A stretch of DNA of 62,984 nt, the filler included, from Lenisia limosa (lineage: Eukaryota; Protista; Breviatea): the NCBI GenBank assembly GCA_001655205.1. It is 7 parts of 7 records of this genome, joined end to end, with 100 filler letters (N's around TTAATTAATTAA, not from the genome) between each part and the next. Parts side by side here need not be neighbours in the genome. Positions count along the whole stretch, not along the records: positions 23,405 to 31,222 come from LPNZ01008214.1; positions 31,323 to 39,718 come from LPNZ01011714.1; 5 more parts are not named here. The stretch is one strand, 5' to 3'. Within the stretch, counting starts at the first letter, position 1; every line of letters starts with the position of its first letter. A program made the translations under genes and the position numbers. Below are positions 26,421 through 38,084 of this stretch, piece after piece. The notes below the pieces were generated by a model. It searched no databases and was not told the origin of the DNA. It worked only from the letters and a program-made list of their open reading frames with translations.

Positions 26421-29400
26421 ATGGCGGAGAGGTATGCACAATTTTCTATTCCTCCTCTTACCTTCCCTTAGGCCCCCCCAACCTGCTATTCCGCTGGAAA
26501 AGGTTTGTTAATACCCAAACTCTTCTTTATAACCGTTATAGGAGATGATAGTGGACCTCCTCCCTCTTTTGCCGCATTTATCATCAGAGCAAATCAGCAC
26601 CCTCCCCCACCTTTACCAGCAGCAAATCAATAACCTCCTTTACAACCAAGGTTGGTGAGGTGCCCTTTTTTCAGTTTTCTAGTTGTCAATTGAATGGGGG
26701 ATTTTTTTTCTTCTTTATCCATGGTAATTCCAATGCTCATTTTGTTTTTCTGTTTCTTCATGCTCATTGTTTTTCTGTTATACATATTGTTTTTCTGTTA
26801 TATCCAACACAGGCACTGGGAAAGTTGTTTCGGATATCTATTTTAAAGATCTGTATTATTTGGGCCTTATTATTGAAGTGACTGTCTAACAATCATATAA
26901 AATCGGCCCAGGCCGTCAACATCATGATAGGATTATTTTGTCGTATAACTCTAAGCATACAACATCTCTGCCATCTCAACCTTGACACTGTAGGCATGTA
27001 CCCCCCACCAAGTTCCGTCACCACCCAGGCCGCCGTACCTCCACCCGTAGTTGCACCTGTGAGAGGGGGGAAGATATGGATTATCAACGAAATCTTGATG
27101 CCATATTCATTACGGCGTGGGCATTTTATTGTAACATGGTACACAGGCTTTTGTAATCTTGAACGATTAAATTTTATTATTCCAACTGGATACATGCAGG
27201 TATCTACATATTCCAACTGGATACATGAAGGTATCTACATATTCCAGCTGGATACATGCAGGTATCTACAAATCATTATTAATGAGGGTATTGCGTTGAC
27301 TTTGCTCATTTAGGAAGTGAAAGGGCTTCTTTCCTTAACCAGCTGTGTCCTTTTTCAAACACTTAACATGATATGCTTCTTTTCTTAATTTACTGTGTCA
27401 GTTCAAAAACTTGAAATAATCAAGGGTTTGCAAACACATCATGCATGGCTGCTGGACAATATACCTGCGTACTTTCTCCTTCTTCGAGTGCATGATATGG
27501 TCTCATTTTCTTTCTCTGACAAAGCGTATAGGTTATTATACCCGCTGTTGCCGCACCCCGGAGTGAACCCGTTCAAAAGGTGTTGTGTCAGGCAAATGAT
27601 TGGGTAAGTAATTATTAAACTTCGGTTCGAAAAAAGACGAGATATCCTCGAAAACTATCGATATTTTACTGGTCTTTTTCGAACCGAAGTGAGGCCCTAA
27701 ATACTATAATCCGTTATTTCTTCAAATTGATGGTGTGGACGGCTTCGCCAGGTACTCCCCTTATTGTTTCTCATAATACCACTTTTTGGGTTATTTTCCC
27801 GCGTATGAGCTAACATTTTTTCACTCAGTGATATGAAACCTCACATCCACTTGTATGATATTTGACCGAAAAGTCTCAGAGATACTCTGATCCTGTGTTA
27901 TTTTTCGTGTCATCTTCGTTCATCATTTTGACTCTAATAAGTTGTAATCTCTTCTGTATAGGTCTGATTAAAGATCGTTGACATCCTCCCTTACAACAAC
28001 TTCTCCTTATAACAACACACCCCATATAACACCACAGAAACCCGAGCCGGAAGAGACAATGGTCGTTGCACCACCGCCCGTAGAGGTCCCCGCCGCCGCC
28101 CCGTCACCCCCTGTGGTTGTACAGCCTGCGGCTGAAGAGCCAAAACAGGTCTGCGTTGGATGTATCAGGACGGGTGCACATAATTATAATTCTTCGACCA
28201 AATACTAATTTGTTTTATTTTATTTTATTAAATAGTTAAATAGTTTTATTTCTCATTTATTATACCATTGTAGAAGCCCGCTCCGTTAGAAGAAGTTCCG
28301 ACGCCCCAAATCGTAACCGTGAGGGGATTGATGATTAGAGCCTCAAGAGAAATGTTACATCTACATTTTAAATCTTGTAAATATTACATAGGGATACCAT
28401 AGATACAAACTACCATTTCTCACCCTGCAGCCCGAGGTCACAAATGAGCCACTAATGGCGGTAGCCGAACCCGTGTCATGCCCGGCTACTCCCCCCGGGG
28501 TGAGGGATGTTATTAGGAACGGGATAGTGAAAATGGATTTAGTCTGACAACTTCTTTCATTTCAGGTCATTTACGGTTTTAGGCTACACCAACACTCGGC
28601 AAATCAGTTCCCCCTGTTATTCAAAGTGAGTTGTTCTTGCATCAAAATTCCTTGCGTAAATACCCATAAGGCTGAATCAAATAATGTACCACTTCTTAAT
28701 AAATGGGGAATTTATGAAACAAAAAAAGCCCATAATTAACTCTGTTGGCTGACAGCACACGAGGGTTGATAGCTTTTTAGACCAATTTCGGTTGAGTCTG
28801 TAATCTTCTTTCAATATTCTTGACACCCCCTAGATAGCCCGACAATTACCGCTGAGCAAAGAGCTCGTCTTCTCCCCCTCCTCCCCAAACTGACCGAAGC
28901 CAAAATCGCCTCTTTACCGGCTGACATGCAGGCCCAAATTAGACAGCTCAAAAAGGTGCGTTATAATAGCTCCATCCTCTGCCTTGGGCTTCATTTTAGG
29001 CCGAAAAAGACCGGTTAAATATCGATAGCGAGGATCTATCCAAAATTCCAGTCTTTTTGCAACACTTTGAAGCACTACTGAGCGGATTATGTTTGCTTTG
29101 TTGTCTTCAATCCTCGTGTGTTACTGTTTTACCAACAGAATGGATTTCAGGTTTTTTGTTTCATGTCCATTGGAGTAACAGTTTTTAGAGTACACACATA
29201 TATGTCCTAATATTGCATCTACCGTCGTTTCACTCCCCCAAGAGAAGTTTTGTTTTGTAAACTGTCGATTTTCACACTCCAGGAGCAAGAAGCAGCAGCC
29301 AAGCCGGCAGCTAAGCCCGCCCCTCGCCCCCAGGATCCCGCCATCCCGCATAGAATGGCCAATGGTATCCGGGTCGCTTCAGTCAAAAACAAAGTACTAT

Positions 29401-31061
29401 TTTTGATAAATCCTCGAAAACCATCGGTATTTCTTCGGGCTCTCAAATTTCTTTTTGTCGAGGATTTGCTGGCAATTAGCATTGGTTGCTTGCGTTTGTT
29501 ATTGCTTGTTTTTTTTTTTGTTTGTTTGGAGTTTCAGATTATTCGGTTCGTGATTAGTACCTTTACGCNNNNNNNNNNNNNNNNNNNNNNNNNNNNNNNN
29601 NNNNNNNNNNNNNNNNNNNNNNNNNNNNNNNNNNNNNNNNNNNNNNNNNNNNNNNNNNNNNNNNNNNNNNNNNNNNNNNNNNNNNNNNNNNNNNNNNNNN
29701 NNNNNNNNNNNGGGCAGTTGTTTTATTATGTATTGATAATGACTCTAACGTCGATTTTGGAACAGTAGCAAAAGAGGCAAGAGTGGCTTTGACGTTCATT
29801 ATGACGCGCAGATTGGTGCAATAATTATCTTTTTTTTTTATTGTCCCTTTTCATCTTTTTGGGACGTGAAGGTTTACCGATTTAGGCGGAAATGGCAGCG
29901 GCGGAAGAATCCAAGAACATCCATGAGAGAATCGCATCCGAACAACGCCAGGTCCGGACCGGGGGGGGGGGTTATGGAGGCATGAATGTACCTAGTTTGT
30001 AAATTTCACTTCGGTTCGAAAAAGACTGGCGAAATATCGATAGTTTTGGAGGAATTCAGTCTTTTTTCGAACCAAAGTGAATCAGTCCCTTGTAACTCCT
30101 GCAGTTTATGGAAGAGTCACGGCGCCTGCACGAGCAACAAACCGAGCATTCCAAGGCCCTGATGATGGAGGATGAAGTCAATGCTAGGAGAAGGGAAACC
30201 GAAAAGAATAAGGAGATTGAGGAGAGACGTGGGGGGGGGGGGGNNNNNNNNNNNNNNNNNNNNNNNNNNNNNNNNNNNNNNNNNNNNNNNNNNNNNNNNN
30301 NNNNNNNNNNNNNNNNNNNNNNNNNNNNNNNNNNNNNNTCATCGAGGATTTGTTGAGAAAATCTTTTTTGGACCGTAGGTAAGTTTTACTTATTATAATG
30401 GACTGTGAAATGTTCCGGTAGTATGGTCAGACAATGTTGGGGATCCGATTTTCAAATGGTCGCTAATTTCATGTTTAGCGTCTCATTTTGTGATATTTTT
30501 GATAACCTTCCGATTTTGCAATATTTTTATGTTTAACTCGGTTTATTAATTATGAGAAAATAATGGGGAAGTAACTTTCTCTTCAGAGATATTAATGACT
30601 TTGATTACCTTCTCATATTTAATGTTGACCTTTGATTCTGGATTCTTGTTGCCTAATTGTTTTGTTTTTACACCCCTTCCTCCCAGGCCTACAGAGGGAA
30701 GAAGACATCAAAATGGGTCGCCTGCCTCTGCCGCCGGTCGCACCGTTCGGTTGGGGGGGGGGGGATCCTCCCAACTAAGATGGCTTCGGTTAGATACAAT
30801 CTTGTTTTTTATTTCTCATGGCTATATTATCTGATACTGTCTCCAATCCACTACCACCCAATGGGTTTTACTTCGCTCCGACTCATACCCAGATTTAGTT
30901 TTTACATTTGATTTATTAACATTTTGACTTTTTTTTTTTGACATTTTGCTGACAACGCAGACAAGAGCCATCTTCATCCCGACGGTCTGACATGCGCGCA
31001 TTGTAAGGAAGTCGTCCCGGTCACCACGTGTGTCACTAAACTTGGCATGGTCTTCCATAAG
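26421..31061 (+). CDS. Pro/Ala-rich, coiled-coil protein with the start of a C-terminal LIM-like zinc finger; 3' end cut by spacer
   Basis: About 16 in-phase GT-AG exons: MAERPPQPAIPLEKEMIVDLLPLLPHLSSEQ..., KPEPEETMVVAPPPVEVP, coiled coil EESRRLHEQQTEHSKALMMEDEVNARRRE, then CAHCKEVVPVTTCVTKLGMVFHK (about 30990-31061), matching CxxC-x16-H of a LIM domain. Confidence 0.75.
27179..27268. repeat. Tandem 31-bp repeat x3
   Basis: ATTCCAACTGGATACATGCAGGTATCTACAT repeated. Confidence 0.9.
27619..27697. mobile_element. MITE family A copy (intronic)
   Basis: CTTCGGTTCGAAAAAAGAC...GTCTTTTTCGAACCGAAGTGAGGCCC. Confidence 0.8.
30005..30081. mobile_element. MITE family A (palindromic, about 80-95 bp, TIR GGCTTCACTTCGGTTCGAAAAAGACT), well-preserved copy
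   Basis: TTCACTTCGGTTCGAAAAAGACT...AGTCTTTTTTCGAACCAAAGTGAA with central AAATATCGATA. Related copies at about 255-322, 10520-10563, 27619-27697, 28987-29065, 32815-32880, 35924-36013, 42524-42613, 50591-50681, 55690-55785. Confidence 0.85.
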
Positions 31062-31222
31062 GTGGGCGGGTGGTGGTCTTCCATATTTGGTTCCCGGGAT
31101 AATTTTCTATTTTCACTCCCCCCGTTCGCTGGAGATGGGATGCGGTGCTGCAGAAGCGACTGGATAGGGCTTGTTTTGCTGTTCTCGACCCTCGTGTGTT
31201 GTCGGCCAACAGAGTTGATTTT

Positions 31223-31322
31223 NNNNNNNNNNNNNNNNNNNNNNNNNNNNNNNNNNNNNNNNNNNNTTAATTAATTAANNNNNNNNNNNNNNNNNNNNNN
31301 NNNNNNNNNNNNNNNNNNNNNN
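31223..31322. other. Artificial contig-joining spacer
   Basis: N44-TTAATTAATTAA-N44. Confidence 0.97.
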
Positions 31323-33690
31323 CTGTTCGGTGCGGCTCTGGTCGGATATGGAGTGAAGAGGGGTGTGTTCAACAAGAAACCGCCGCCACAGTCGAATCTT
31401 GATGGCATTGAAGACCTTGATGACGTTGTGGTGGGGGGAGGGGTGTTGATGACATTTGTTGTTGTCGTTGATGATTTTGTTGTAGTTGTTTTGTTGTTGA
31501 TGATGTGGGGTTGATGTTGTTTACAGTTATAGATGATGATGTAAAGGTGGACTCGCGACTGGCCCAGCTTTTTTTTTTTATTTATTTCAAATTTCCTCTT
31601 TTGCTCTTCCTCGCATAAATTTTCCATATTACTGGAGTGATGGGATGCGGTNNNNNNNNNNNNNNNNNNNNNNNNNNNNNNNNNNNNNNNNNNNNNNNNN
31701 NNNNNNNNNNNNNNNNNNNNNNNNNNNNNNNNNNNNNNNNNNNNNNNNNNNNNNNNNNNNNNNNNNNNNNNNNNNNNNNNNNNNNNNNNNNNNNNNNNNN
31801 NNNNNNNNNNNNNNNNNNNNNNNNNNNNNNNNNNNNNNNNNNNNNNNNNNNGAAAACGGCTTCTTCTAGGCCTGGTTCTCTCGTGCTCTTTGTAATCCTT
31901 GATATGTTAACCCTTGTTTAATAAATATGTTATCATCAACTCTTGTTTAATAAATATGAAATATTCTAACATCTTATCCCATGTGTAATACTCGGTGGGG
32001 GGGGGGGGGGNNNNNNNNNNAAGATGAAAGCGCTGTCATTTACCATAGTAATCCGACTGCCAGTGTGAGAAAACTAGAGACACCAACACTACGAAACCAT
32101 AGTAAAATGTAGTTCAAAACTTTGCTGATTGTAATTCAATTGAAATTATACCAAAACAATATCCAATAAATATTACAATAACAACTCTACAAAATATTTT
32201 GTTGAAATCAATTACAAAACAAAAAAAAACAGCCCCCATCGTTAAAGAACACAGTGATTATCTTCAAGTAGTATAACAATATCAAAAACAAAAAAAAAAC
32301 TATAGCATCATTGCTCCATCATACTCTTGAAAAACGGTTCCTTTCCAGATGGGGAGCACTTCAGGAGCAGCCACTTCGAAAAACGATCGCTATATGAGTA
32401 AAAACAATAATGCTAGGGAATACGTCAAACGAGGTTATCAGTGAAAGTTCAATTATTGAAAAAAAAAACATCAACAAAAACAACAACAACAAAAAAAAAA
32501 AAAAAAAAAANNNNNNNNNNNNNNNNNNNNNNNNNNNNNNNNNNNNNNNNNNNNNNNNNNNNNNNNNAATAGTCTTGCTCTCAAACAATAAGGGGGGGGG
32601 TAGATCAAACCATTAAATCATCATTCTTTACCCCCCTCTCTCTTAGTTATTTCAGGATTTGCTCACCTTAATAGTGGTAACAAGGTTGAGAGCAGTGGTG
32701 CTGGATGGTTGCCTGAAATTGTAAAGATCATAAGCTATTATATTGGAACATCATACCACTTGCTGAATTATAAGTTTGAACGAGTCTCATTTACAAATTT
32801 AGACGATCTGGTTTTCACTTCGGTCCGAAAAAGATAGGCAAAATATCGAAAGTTGTTGCGTAGAAATATATTTTTTTCGAAAAGATAGCACAACTTTACC
32901 CCGATAGCCCAATGACCCACCCGATGAAGGAGCTGATGTAGTTCAGGGCTTTGTTGCTCGTAAATCGGACAAATGAGTCAATCAGATGCATATTGCCGCT
33001 TCCTCTATAGTACCCTATGATTCCTCCTGAGTTGAAAAACTCCCTAAAAAATATGTGAAATTCCTTTGAGTGCAAGATTAGTCATAGATATGTATGTTTT
33101 GAAATACTGAATATAATTTGACTAAAAAAAAAAAAAAAAAAANNNNNNNNNNNNNNNNNNNNNNNNNNNNNNNNNNNNNNNNNNNNNNNNNNNNNNNNNN
33201 NNNNNNNNNNNNNNNNNNNNNNNNNNNNNNNNNNNNNNNNNNNNNNNNNNNNNNNNNNNNNNNNNCGAAGAAAACTCCGGCCATAGCATAGCAATGATAA
33301 ATAAAAACAATAAGGTTGTACCTGGCCGAAGCCGTCCACACCAGCACGCTTATGAGACTCATTCATTAGTAATTTATCACTCCACTAACGTCGTTGAACT
33401 AGTGGTGATTTCGACCGTACAGGAGATGTCACAATCATTGATTCTGATAGGCGTGAGCAAATTATATGCAAATATGCTAAAAAACATCCCAAACCATCAA
33501 CAATGTGGCTATGGTGGCACAACTCGCTACACCTCTAACCTCAGTTCCTGATACTCTTCCAGCAGCAGTTTACCCACGACCCCGCTAGTTTTGCCAAACG
33601 TGGAAGTGACATCGATATTCACTATCAGCGATTCAATATTGAGCCCAACACCAGAGTAACTGCCAATAACACCAGCGAAGTACGCCCCCT
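31323..33690 (-). CDS. Scattered minus-strand exons of an unidentified gene, including a Gly-rich GLUG-like exon
   Basis: AG/GT-bounded open segments at about 33535-33690 (GAYFAGVIGSYSGVGLNIESLIVNIDVTSTFGKTSGVVGKLLLEEYQELR), 32920-33005 (RGSGNMHLIDSFVRFTSNKALNYISSFIG), 32665-32715 and 31324-31430. Many gaps; exon linkage unproven. Confidence 0.35.
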
Positions 33691-34056
33691 AAACGATGGT
33701 CAATTGGAAGCCAGGTTAATTAAACACAGCCGAAACTTCAAAGATTTAGATGACGAAAACGAACATCACTCAAAATAATCCTTTTAGTGATAAGTCGTAC
33801 CCCCTGAGTGGGAACACCAACCTGAGTGCGAACACTCACCTGAGTGCTGAACAAATTTATCAAGTAAATCAAACCTATATCATCACAATTTCAATCATTT
33901 TTGGTAAAAACTACACTAAATTGAAGAGAATTGGAAAATAGACAACTTTGATTTTTTTTCAATTCACGGTGAACTGAACTGAACTGAACCTCTATTTAAG
34001 TATGCTCCCTTTACGCTGGATCCTCTTGCGATTCGAAAACAGAGATTTGTTACGTT

Positions 34057-34128
34057 CCCCCGTTAGCCCAATTGGTTATAGTATCCGCTGTGAACTGAAG
34101 GTTGTGAGTTCAAATCCCATCGTTGGCA
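34057..34128 (+). pseudogene. tRNA-like sequence with intact-looking Pol III A and B boxes (Asn-like body, GTG in the anticodon position), followed by T5
   Basis: TAGCCCAATTGGTTATAG (A box/D arm), CT-GTG-AA loop, GGTTGTGAGTTCAAATCCC (B box/T arm), TTTTT at 34129. Acceptor and D stems pair poorly, so probably not a functional tRNA. Confidence 0.7.
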
Positions 34129-34141
34129 TTTTTCCTTTTCA

Positions 34142-37100
34142 ATGAATGTATTCAAAGGACTGCCATCTTGGGCAGTACCGAGTGGAAGGCATCTCAAAGC
34201 CACTGTTTATGATGGATTAATCTTGCTGACAAGGTATTCATGGGGGCATGATCCGTTTATTATATAAAACAATAATAAGCTTTTTTGAACATATTGCCTA
34301 ATACTGTGTAGGTAAAAGCCATTGCTGGTATCTGATAATGGAAAATTGTCACAAAGAAAACTATCATCTCTTTTCGGCTTAAGTCTGGCTACTATTTCAA
34401 AATATGTAAAATTGGAAGTAGGAATTGCTCCAAAAGAGTCAGGTGGTCAGCGCTACCTTAATTGACATTAGTATCACAAATTTTGACAGATTTTTAAAAT
34501 TATGTTGCTCTAACCAAGGAAGATGTGATAAACAAGGTTTGATATTATCAACTGTGTATTGTTTATGTTCAGGCTGAATCACTGTTTAAAGCCATTTCTC
34601 AGAAAGATGGCTGGAAGGATTTATGAAGAGAAACAAGGATATGGATATTAAGTTTGGAGTGGGTCTTTTAATTATTTATTCACCTTCTAGACTGCTAGAT
34701 ACGTAGAGTCATCGTACATGTCTGATGAACTGCCTGCGCGAAACTTCAGCAATATTTCTCTGAGCTTTTCAAAACTATCAACAAGTACAACGTTCACCCT
34801 CTTCTGATTGTCAATGCTGATGAAACTTTCAATGACTCCACCAATGACAAGAAAGTGAAAGTATTGAGCCATGGTCCTAAATGTGATGGCTTTACCAAGG
34901 CTTCTGGCAAGGTGGAACATACCACATTAATGGGTGGTGGCATGTAAGCAGAGGCTAGTTCTTTACATTATTAAACTCCAGGTCTGATGGAACCCGTCTT
35001 CGCCCGTTCATTGTGTGAAATTTGCTTCGGTGCTCGTGGTTGGATGGTTTGAGGGAAGTGCCTTTTTGAATCCTATCAATACTTGTCATAGCCCATAATA
35101 ATTTTGGAATTCAAATTTATCCATTCAGTGTTGATACCTTCTTGGAATGAGTTCAAATTGTATTAATTCCACAAGTTAATGCTGCAAGGCAAAGACACGG
35201 TCTTTCCTTTTACGCAGTAGCTCTTGTGAAACTGGATGGTCATAGCTCTCGTATTAATCCTGCTGCACTGAATTTAATGATTGAGAACAATATCAGATGC
35301 GTTCTTTTGGTGTCACACTCGTCCAATATCTCACAAAGCTACAAAAAGAAGCTTCAGAAGTACGTTCGCAATGAACGAAATAAAATCCCTGAGGATGTTC
35401 AAAATCGAGCAAGGGCGATAAGATGCTGCGTTATCAAGGCAGCTCTTAAGNNNNNNNNNNTTTTTAAGGCAAACCATGGTTTTTCGAAATTTGTGAGCAA
35501 CTACTGCCAACTTCACAGATAGAAAGCTACGGATCCTTTTGAAAAGGCGTTACATTCTCTTCTTGACAAGTTGAGCAGTGAGGTTTTCTGTAAGAAGGCT
35601 CAAAATGAACTTGAATGGTAATTGGAAATAAGGGATTGTCAGATCTTTTCCATTTATTCAATCGCTTCTGCCTTGGGTATGGAGCATACTCTGTCCCATA
35701 GAAAAGTGCAAAAGCTACTTTCTGTGAGAACACTCCAAGGCTNNNNNNNNNNNNNNNNNNNNNNNNNNNNNNNNNNNNNNNNNNNNNNNNNNNNNNNNNN
35801 NNNNNNNNNNNNNNNNNNNNNNNNNNNNNNNNNNNNNNNNNNNNNNNNNNNNNNNNNNNNNNNNNNNNNNNNNNNNNNNNNNNNNNNNNNNNNNNNNNNN
35901 NNNNNNNNNNNNNNNNNNNNNNNTCACTTTTGGTTCAAAAAAAGACTGAATTCTCGATAAATCCTCGATAAATATCGATATTTTACAGGAGTTTCGGAAC
36001 CGAAAGTGAAGCTGTAATTTTTATACTAAAAGCCCCACATGTGTGTTACAATATTTGTGATTTGTTGTTATGGTCCTTATTTGAGTTGCCAGTATCTTTG
36101 CATGACCAATATAAACAGAGGAGAACAGCCCTCATTTATGCCATTAAATCTGGCCACTTGGATATCGTGAAGTACCTCATTGAGAATGGTGCTGATACAA
36201 GAATAACCATAAAAACAAAAATAAAACGCAAATTTAAACCAAATTTCAATTTTCCCAAAACAATGAAACATTAATAGTGATCCTTTTGGCGTCACACTCG
36301 TCCTATATCTCACAAATGATGGATGTTGGACCGTTTGGTGGCTACAAAAAGAAGCTTCAGAAGTACGTTCGCAATGAACGAAATAAAATCCCCGAGGATG
36401 TTCAAAATCGAGCAAGGGCGATAAGATGCTGCGTTATCAAGGCAGCTCTTAAGGCTTATGTTGAATGCACAGATCCCTCAACAATCAGATCTGGATTTAA
36501 ATCGGCTGGAATCAGGATTGTAAATGAAAAGCTCATGATTGATCCGGCTGCTGTGCTTGGTAGTAATTTCAGCAGTTCATCCGCTTAATTAATTTCTAAG
36601 GTATTATCTGTCCAAATACGTGCAGAGAGCCTCAGGAGAACTAATAACGCATTCAGTATGGAATCTCCACTTACCCCACCCAGACCGAAATCTCTTNNNN
36701 NNNNNNNNNNNNNNNNNNNNNNNNNNNNNNNNNNNNNNNNNNNNNNNNNNNNTGGTCAAATGATCCTTTATTCTCAAGTGATCCAACAGCTGATTTTGAT
36801 GATAAAGTTCAATCAAATGGTCGAGGGGAAAATATTGTTCCTCGTACAGAAAAAGAGGCATTTCGTGAAATTCTGGCTAAAAGAAAGCAAATCGAAGCTG
36901 AAGAAGCAAGGAAATGCAAGCGTCGTATCAAAGCCAACGATGACAATGAAGGAATACAAGCTGAGCTGAACGAGCCCAAGCTATCTTCAATGATGTTGGT
37001 CGTGGTCGCGGTCATGGTCGCGGTCGCGGTCGTGACGGGACTATCCAGTAATTTCTGTCGTCGAATACAGTTACTTTGTAATTATTGTCTGTTGTNNNNN

Positions 37101-37509
37101 NNNNNAGCACATGGAGATTACCAGTCCCAGAACGTTGAAGTTCATTGAGGTATCGAAGCACAATGATCTTGATGACGCAAATTTTGTTGCAACAATTCGT
37201 GACTTCGCTGATCTTAAGCACACAGAAGCTCTTGAAAAGCACAGAAAGTTGAAATCTGAGAACAAATTACCCAGGTCAAATGATCCTTTATTCTCAAGTG
37301 ATCCAACAGCTGATTTTGATGATCAAGTTCAATCAAATGGTCGAGGGGAAAACATTGTTCCTCGTACAGAAAGAGAGGCATTTCGTGAAATTCTGGCTAA
37401 AAGAAAGCAAATCGAAGCTGAAGAAGCAAGGAAATGCAAGCGTCGTAACAAAGCCAACGATGACAATGAGGAATACAAGCTGGAGCTGAACGAGCCCAAG
37501 CTATCTTAA
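34142..37509 (+). pseudogene. pogo/DDE_1-type transposase, frameshifted, partly duplicated, apparently intron-containing
   Basis: HTH LSQRKLSSLFGLSLATISKY (about 34345-34405) ending in a stop; GW..GFMKRNK with a frameshift; IVNADETF (about 34810-34835); LDGHSSR (about 35230); SHSSYISQMMDVGPFG (about 36290-36340); charged C-terminus followed by GRGRGRG repeats. Confidence 0.85.
36119..36207 (+). CDS. Single ankyrin-repeat fragment inside the transposon
   Basis: RTALIYAIKSGHLDIVKYLIENGAD fits the ankyrin consensus (TPLH.A...GH..IVK.LL..GAD); preceded by an AG acceptor. Confidence 0.7.
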
Positions 37510-38084
37510 ATGATGTTGGTCGTGGTCGCGGTCGTGGCGGGACTATCCAGTAATTTCTGTCGTCGAATACAGTTACTTTGTAATTATTGTCTGTTGTGTT
37601 CTGACATTTTTATCCTTTAGCTCTTATTAATCATCTTTAGAAAGGTTAAATAAAGTAATAATTTTGACTTTGGTATTATTGAAGAAAATTGAAAGAAAAC
37701 AGGTTGGTGTTCGCACTCAGGGGGTACGACTTACATCTGTAATAAAAAGCAATAATAAAAAAAAGAACAATGAAGAAATGAAAGGTGTAATATAATAATA
37801 AGCGCAAAAAAATAACTATTGGAATTTAAACGAGTAGCAAATGCATATACAAGTGGTAATATATAAGTGTATGTTTACAGTGCACAAAGATCAATCGCGA
37901 TTTATTTAGAAGCCGCCAAAGTCGACACTATGTACTTAACGCCATCCCTAAAGATGTTTACATTTACGCAACTGCGGGGAACAAATAATATTACTACGTC
38001 AGGGGGGGGGGGGNNNNNNNNNNNNNNNNNNNNNNNNNNNNNNNNNNNNNNNNNNNNNNNNNNNNNNNNNNNNNNNNNNGCAGC

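Larger units (their letters stand above)
33793..37731 (+). mobile_element. Tc1/mariner-superfamily (pogo/Fot1-type) DNA transposon, degenerate
   Basis: 32-bp TIRs AGTCGTACCCCCTGAGTG(G/C)GAACACCAACCTG at 33793-33824 and 37700-37731 with one mismatch; TA on both flanks; internal DDD-type transposase remnants. Confidence 0.92.

Noticed and set aside
34057-34128. Functional tRNA-His(GTG)
   Set aside because: Acceptor stem (CCCCCGT/CGTTGGC) and D stem barely pair; kept only as a tRNA-like remnant.
36752-37600. Near-identical tandem duplication of the transposase 3' region (36752-37095 versus about 37270-37600)
   Set aside because: Separated by a 10-N placeholder gap typical of overlapping contigs; most likely alleles or paralogous copies stitched together.
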